Positions 57,597-64,000 of a stretch of DNA of 64,000 bases are shown one piece after another. The stretch's first letter is position 1. Every line of letters begins with the position of its first letter. Location: assembly GCA_977016875.1 (NCBI GenBank), contig CDRNST010000070.1, positions 1,054,001 to 1,118,000 on the forward strand, written 5' to 3'. Both the position numbers and the translations under genes were made by a program. The notes below the pieces were generated by a model that did no database searches, was not told where the DNA came from, and was given only the letters and a program-made list of their open reading frames with translations. Source of the DNA: Pavona decussata. Its lineage: Eukaryota.

Positions 57597-58415
57597 TTAT
57601 TCTTTCTTCTTTTTGACATCGGCCGCAGCAAGTGCACGATTCAGGGTTATAAAGTTAATGATTAACAAACAAGCATTAACAATATAAGTTGATATACACA
57701 CAACACATGTGTCATGTAGGACGTAAAACAGAATATAACCAAGATATACAGAGCCAACACAGGATAACAGAGAAAACAGGAACATTATCCATGCTGCAAA
57801 TTTGCCTTTGAGTACACCTACAACAAAATTAAACAGTTTAATACTCGTCAGTAAGCAAGCAAGCAAGTAACCTTTATTTTAATAAGCATGTGATATTGAT
57901 GAGCAACCAATAGGTTTATTACAGAAATGTATGCGCATAATAAGAACTACTAACTAGAAACTTATAGGCTCCTTTTGAAATACTAAAATGCAACTTGATT
58001 TCGAGGTCCAGGGGACATAAACAACAGAAACAAATAAACTTGATTATCTAATATTTCCTTTGTTTGTGTCCTTTTAGCCTCATTATCAAGATAAATATTG
58101 GATGTGGAAGGTCTGTTCTCGAACGCTCAAGTTGCTTCTCTTTGTGAAATGAAATATCCTAGCAACTTAGTCCCACAGGCCTTGGTTTGGTCTAAGAAAT
58201 AAGGGGTGGGGCCCTCGCCTAGATCTGCCACTGCAACAATGAAAAACATTAATTTTTTGACATACCTAGTAGCACAATTGAGGAGTAGAAGAGAATTCCA
58301 AAGATACTGTTGGGTACATTGAGAGGTGAGGTTTCTCCCAGCACTGGTTCAACTAATCCAAACCCAGTGCCATACCTGGTAAACAACAACAACAACAACA
58401 AACTGGGTATTATAA

Positions 58416-58454
<39 letters not shown>

Positions 58455-59289
58455 AATAAATGGGAATTTCAGTGGCTTCTACAGAGTGGCTCTTTCATCC
58501 ACCGTTTCCAGGTCAAATTGGAATTTGGGAATGTTGGTTTTTGTGGAAAGAGGAAAACCTGATAACCCAGAGGAAAGCCCTTGGAGCAGGGAAGAGAAAA
58601 CAACAACAAACTCAACCCACATATGGCGTCAACACGGCGAATTGAATCCAGGCAACATTTGTAAGAGGCAAGTGCTCTCACCACTGCGCCATCCCTGCTC
58701 CCTACTGTTCAAGCTACAAGCAGTTGCAAAAAGTTGAGATACTCACAGCATTTTTCCTATTTCCTGCACATAATGCACTCTAAAAGGGCAATAAACAATG
58801 TACTGCACTTCAAGCCCGCCCTCCCCCTTTCAATGTTGAGGCTTGCTTTGTTGAATGTCATTGCAAATTTTGTTCAACATTAATAAGGGGAGGGAGGAGG
58901 TGAATAAGTAAAACAATACTCAGTGTCTAAAAAGTATCAAAGTAACAGAGACTGTCTCAACTCTTTTTTGCTTGTAGAAGTGTCATAGCTTGAACAAGGT
59001 GGGTACCCTACACCTTCCCCTTCTTCTCTCAGCTACCTTCTTTTCCATGTCGGGTGTGAATAGTGACTGTTATACATTTTGGGTGTGGAACATCAACCAA
59101 GACACAAAAAACTGTGTATACCTACTTTGACGTAAATACCTTTGAACAGCTCATGTGTTCATTGATGTCGCAAAGAGCTTTGTATTCTTTATTGTGTGCC
59201 TTGGATAATTCCACGTGAAGGGCATATACTGACAAAGCAATCCCGACAAGACAGACCATAAAACGGCTTATGTTGACACAGTCCACCAT
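57597..59289 (-). CDS. VKORC1: Vitamin K epoxide reductase (VKORC1/VKORC1L1 family), 164 aa. Exons: 59289-59126, 58375-58266, 57817-57597; probable non-coding first exon ending at 60369
   Basis: LSVYALHVE, loop cysteines ([26 protein letters not shown]), LNVPNSIFG, active-site CVVC and a C-terminal KKKKE ER-retrieval signal. Acceptor lies just upstream of the ATG (59300); GTGAGT donor at 60363-60368. It cannot be assigned to C1 versus C1L1 and is probably a pre-duplication orthologue. Confidence 0.95.
58415..58702 (-). mobile_element. Same SINE family, in the first VKOR coding intron
   Basis: Reverse complement of the 39838 copy, with (AAAT)n at 58415-58455 as its tail. Confidence 0.82.
58715..58976. 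mobile_element. MITE (TIR TACAAGC...AAAAAGTTGAGA)
   Basis: TACAAGCAGTTGCAAAAAGTTGAGA ... TCTCAACTCTTTTTTGCTTGTA. Confidence 0.55.
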
Positions 59290-60369
59290 GATTCTGCACC
59301 CTGGATAGACTAAATGCAATAGAATTGATATATGTAAATATTAACACCACCAAGCTGGGTGGTTGCAGTATATGCAAATAATTTCTGTTGTTACCACTCT
59401 GATCACATTCCATTCACTGCATTCACTGTAGAAATGAGAAATTTTTGGACATTTTAATTTGGTTTTGATTTACAGTGTGACAGACAGATCAAATGTCTGA
59501 TCAAACAACAAGGACAATAATTACATAAATATTGAAAGGGCCAGTGGAAATACCAATTAGTGACTTTTGAGAATTATAAGAGTACAAATGGTCAGTGCGT
59601 GATTTGACCAGGCATTGAGTTTGTATTCCACAGTGAGTTGAGTGGGTGACTGAACAAATGAAATGGTTTTGGTTCCCGTTTACACTGTAAACAGACAATG
59701 GCAGTCCACAATTGAGAAGCTGAATAAGCTTTCTTTAATTTACTTATTAATTCACATAATCATGCAGCAGTCCTTTCAGTCATTTATAAAATCAATCATT
59801 CACCAGCCCATCTCCCACAAAACTACCCCCCACCCTTCCACCTAACCATCTGTCCATCAATTCATCCATCATCATCATCATCATCATGTGTCAAGAGTTC
59901 TACTTATCTGTCAAGAGGATCTAGCCCCCTGTAAAAGGAACACAAACTGACGTCCATCCATTCATCGATAATAATTATCCCTCCTCCCTTCTACCCCTCT
60001 GATAAATCCTTTCTTTGACCAAGCTAGCACGAAGTACGTGTGCACCACATGCAGTACAGAAAATTCCCATTTGTGGAGTTCCCATTTGTCGAAATTTGAG
60101 AATTCATACAACCCGATATCACAAATAATATGTGAAATTTCCTTACTTTAACTTAATAGGCATATTAGAGTTAAATTTTAAATGCTTGAGCTGGACTCGA
60201 ATGCGTGACTCACACGATCTGTAACAGATGATCAAGAGGGAGTAGCAGAGACTTTACTACGCTTTATATATAGCCGCGTAGCCACAATTTTGGGGGGAAG
60301 AACTTTAGACTAGTGGCGTAATTCTGCAGTTACTCCTAAACTTCTTAACAGGCGTAGCGTGTACTCACC

Positions 60370-60614
60370 AGCCAGCCGGTTTCTTTGATGAAAATGTAAA
60401 CTTTGCAGTGAATGAAAATACGGTACAACCTTGAAGCCTTTCAGGAGTATAGGGACGTGGTTACTAAGATCATTGCGTGGTCACTAAGCACGTTCACAAT
60501 CGATGAACAAAATCTTATTTCCGCGCGTTTTTTGAGTTGAGATTTTCCACAATCGATCGTTTGGTATTCAAGCTTAAATTGTCAAATTTCTATTACCGGT
60601 TATTATTTTGCACG
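60370..60614. promoter_or_regulatory. Putative bidirectional promoter between the VKOR gene and the 60615 gene
   Basis: About 250 bp separate the VKOR 5'-UTR donor from the divergent ATG. The region is CpG-enriched and contains TTTCCGCGCG (E2F-like). Confidence 0.5.
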
Positions 60615-63448
60615 ATGACAGACAATACGGAGGAAAATGCGCAGCCTGTTTCTCGCCCAGCTAAGCGCAAACTGTTGAGGAAACGACAGGATCGTGATGA
60701 CATCTTTTCGTACCGCAATCAAATACCGTTGTCTTTCAGAGCAAAACAGGTTAGAATTGATCGTGATCCGGACAGCTCTGATTCGGAAGATGATGATGAT
60801 GCCTTTCACAGGGTGCAAGCAGAAGAAATGGAAGGGAAGGACTCAAAGACAAGGGAGAGTGATAGCGACGGTGAAGAAGACATGTAAGTTTTCTATGGGC
60901 ATGATGCATGATCGCCTTTGTTATTGATAACTCTTTATTAATTTACATATTCAGTGTACATGTATAAGCTTATTTTTTATTGCTTGCAAAAATTTGGAAA
61001 TTAATAAGAGCACGTAGCTTTCATTTTAATGATCACACTGGTTTCATCAGCAGATAAGCTTATATACGTACATAGTAAAAAGTAGAAGAATATTACTTGG
61101 ATAAAGAGGATTCAATTTACACAGCTGCGGGAGAGAAACGTGTTTACTTTGTAGATAAAGCCAATATTTTAAAGTTAATCCCCCTTTTAATTTAATCTTG
61201 TTGTTCCATCCGATCCTTAAAGATAACAATCAGTGAATTATTTCATGTTTTCGTTCTTCCTTAGTCTCAAGATAAAGTTAAATACATGTATATCCCTTAC
61301 TTTTGTTAACTAGAAGACGCAGAGATAATGAAAAATATATATGATCTTTGGAAAGCAGCTGTAAAATTTTCAGGAAATATTTTCATTCGGGTATTAAAAA
61401 ATAAAGAGGCAAAATTTCTGCACAGCCCTATGCATTACTTATTCCATGCCAGTCAAACTCTATTCATGCTCACTGTTTTTGAAGAGGGTTAGTATGACAC
61501 CGGGGGGGGGGTCCTCCCATATATGGGCTATATAGGTATGTGCCGCGAGATAGGGTATGGTTATTGAGGTTCTCAGTCCTTAAATAGGGTATCATTTTTT
61601 TCCTCATTTAGCAACGCATCCCTGTACTCCTTAGATAGAGTACCTAAATTGAATCAGTTAAATTGAAGCTTGTAAGCACCACATTTTATGAAAAAAATGG
61701 CTTTTTAAAACTAAAGTGTCCGCTGAAGTATTAGACAAGCGATTTTCATAGAAATTTGTGCCACATTAGCCGTTGTTTGGGTCCCTTGAATAGGGTGTCA
61801 TTTTTCGGGTTCGGTCCTTAAAAAGGGTATCCATTTTCCCTTCCTTTACCCTTAAATATGGTCAGGGTTCGAGAACCTTCACGGCACACCCCTATCGAAA
61901 ATTTTTGGGAGTACCCCCCCCCCCCCCGCCCCGGGTATGACAGTGGCTCAGTTGTGCATGTATAATTACTACATGGGGCTGTACACAACAACAGCAACAA
62001 CTTTATTACTCTTTATTATTATGTGCGGTAATCTTGCCAAAATGAATATAAAATAGCTAAGCCACATTCTTGCAACATTTCCGCCCAGCCCCATATATTA
62101 TGTATACATTTTGCAACTCAACCTCCATTTATTTAAGACATGGGGCTGTACGGAAATCTTTTTCAGATTTCTTACTCTTAATGGCCCATTGTTGCCTTTT
62201 TCATTGGCTGATATAATGCATCTGTCATTGTTAAGCCACTCTGGGGAATGAAAGAATGAAAGGCTGGGTAAAGGTGGGTATTTGAACTCAGCTGAGATTT
62301 TTGTTCAAATGCCCCATTGCAGGGCATTTGTGGAATGGATGGTGATAAGCATCACTAAATGTCTTTGAAAATTTGTTAGAAAGTCCACTAACAAGTCAAC
62401 CCTGTTATAGACAGATAATTACTGCTAAATGCCAATACCCTTCCCCCCCCCCCCCCCAGTACCTATGCTACACTTAGTGTACAGCGGAGAAACCACTCCT
62501 CTCAGGGTCATTTTCGAGGGATCAGCTTTAACACTTATTTAACTTTTCCTTTAACTTTGAGTAATTCACACAAAAGAGGAGTTGATGCTCTCTTGCTTCA
62601 GTAGCTATGGTTTTGGGTAAAAGTAATGGGCTAATTCTTCTTGTAAAAGCCTAAAGGTCAAAAACGAAATATGAAAATGGAAGAAAGACCCTCGCAGTTA
62701 TGTACGCAACTTAAGCAGTTGTGAAAAGAAAGTCTGAAAAAAATTCAAGCTTGAGCAGGATTCAAACCCATGACCTCTGCGACGCCGGTACAGTGCTCTA
62801 CCAACTGAGATATCAAGCCAACTGGGAGCTGGTCATATTGTGAGTTTGCAATATACCCTTGGAGGATGAATAAATGAATATGAATATATGAAACATATAT
62901 GACAATGTAATAAGTTATTGCATCAATTTGAAACTTGGAAAAAAATCAGAGCTCCAGATGGGCAGATGATTGTCGTGGGTTCAAATCCCATCTGGAGCTC
63001 AAATTTTTTTCCAAGTTTCCAATTGATGGAAAAACTTATCATGTTGTTATTTCTACAAAAGACTCACTTTGGTGGTTGAAACATATATGTTTCATATATT
63101 CATATTCATTTGGAACTATGTTTCTTACTAATAGATGATATTTAGTTGGGGTAAAGTGTTAATTTTTTGTATTCAACTGACACTTAGTTTATGCTAAATT
63201 TTATATTGTAGAAAGGAGTGAATAATTAATTATTGCTGATTGCCATATGGCATGTGTTTAATGTTATGACTGGTTGAAATCACCAGCTGGGTAACGAATG
63301 TGAAATCTTCTGAAGAAGTGGACAGCTCAACAAATGACATCAAAGAAGTTAGCTTCAACAGGTCACCATCACCACCTCCCTGCCCCACACTCCCAGTTGA
63401 TACTCTTATGAGGATTAATCAACGCCAAACAAGAAATCCAAAGCTTAG
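60615..63448 (+). CDS. First two exons (60615-60883, 63287-63448) of a gene continuing past the right edge; basic/acidic N-terminus, possibly NFATC2IP/NIP45 (Rad60/Esc2 family)
   Basis: MTDNTEENAQPVSRPAKRKLLRK...DSSDSEDDDD...DGEED|IWVTNVKS...RSPSPPPCP...NPKL. Both exons end at GTAAGT donors in phase 2. The identity is a weak recollection of the NIP45 N-terminal layout; the SUMO-like domains are not in the window. Confidence 0.6.
61500..61934. mobile_element. CCGGGGG-ended non-autonomous DNA transposon with an 8-bp TSD
   Basis: GTATGACA|CCGGGGGG ... CCCCGG|GTATGACA, with internal TAGGGT repeats. Confidence 0.8.
62675..63111 (-). mobile_element. tRNA-derived repeat followed by nested inverted duplications
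   Basis: Minus-strand tRNA-like module at about 62750-62820. Inverted pairs at 62872-62900/63082-63111 and 62905-62962/62987-63045. Confidence 0.6.
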
Positions 63449-64000
63449 GTAAGTATTACAACAGTTACCAATAGCAACAACAATGTAATCTTTATTTGTA
63501 CTCTTGCCTTATGTAAAGTTCATTGCAAAATATTAGAAATAAAATAAGAGTACTGGCTGCCTGGAATAACCATAGTTAATTGAAAGCAATGGTTATGAAA
63601 CCTGACATACTTCTTTGTTATATGTTTTTGTTTGCCTTTTTGGCCTTGACCCTGCACAAACAACAATGGAATTTGGAATGTATTGGAGCAACTGACCAAT
63701 CGAAACGTTTTTGTTAAGATATTCAACTGTGGTGTGAACGTTAAAACAAAGGATTGTGCAGGGTCGTAGCCCTTCCAACATAAATTGCAGCACCATTGTT
63801 TTCTTGAAAGGTTTCACAACCAGTCCCTCAAGTAACTAAGGAATAACCATAGGGGCTACTGACCAATCCCTTGAGTTCAAAAGAGTTGGATAAAGTTACG
63901 TTTTACTGGAAGTCAATCAAAGAAAAGCTAAGAGAAGTAAAACATTTAAATTAATTTCCAAGCCCATCAAGCTAATAGAAAAGGTATTTTTGAATTAAAA

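Overview
AT-rich, intron-rich animal DNA, not prokaryotic. The repeat families and gene architecture suggest a stony coral or other anthozoan, which is an inference. Five protein-coding genes were assembled by hand with consistent GT-AG phases. (1) HECTD4 orthologue, minus strand, 35 exons and about 2,820 aa in the window; it runs off the left edge before the HECT domain. (2) GTF2H3 (TFIIH p34), plus strand, 13 exons, 313 aa, head-to-head with HECTD4, with a U12-type intron. (3) MAPK7 (ERK5), minus strand, 5 coding exons, about 1,141 aa. (4) VKORC1-family vitamin K epoxide reductase, minus strand, 164 aa. (5) The first two exons of a plus-strand gene, possibly NFATC2IP-like. Introns are packed with MITEs, tRNA-derived SINEs, a 5'-truncated L2/CR1-group LINE and a young Penelope-like palindromic insertion carrying a hammerhead ribozyme. 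The best leads are the intronic hammerhead on the HECTD4 sense strand, an inverted MITE pair bracketing HECTD4 exons 3-13 (circRNA-type layout), the U12 intron, and two CAGGG-ended elements with 6-bp TSDs. I found no evidence for a wholly new multi-gene system. Coordinates are hand-counted and may be off by a few bases.
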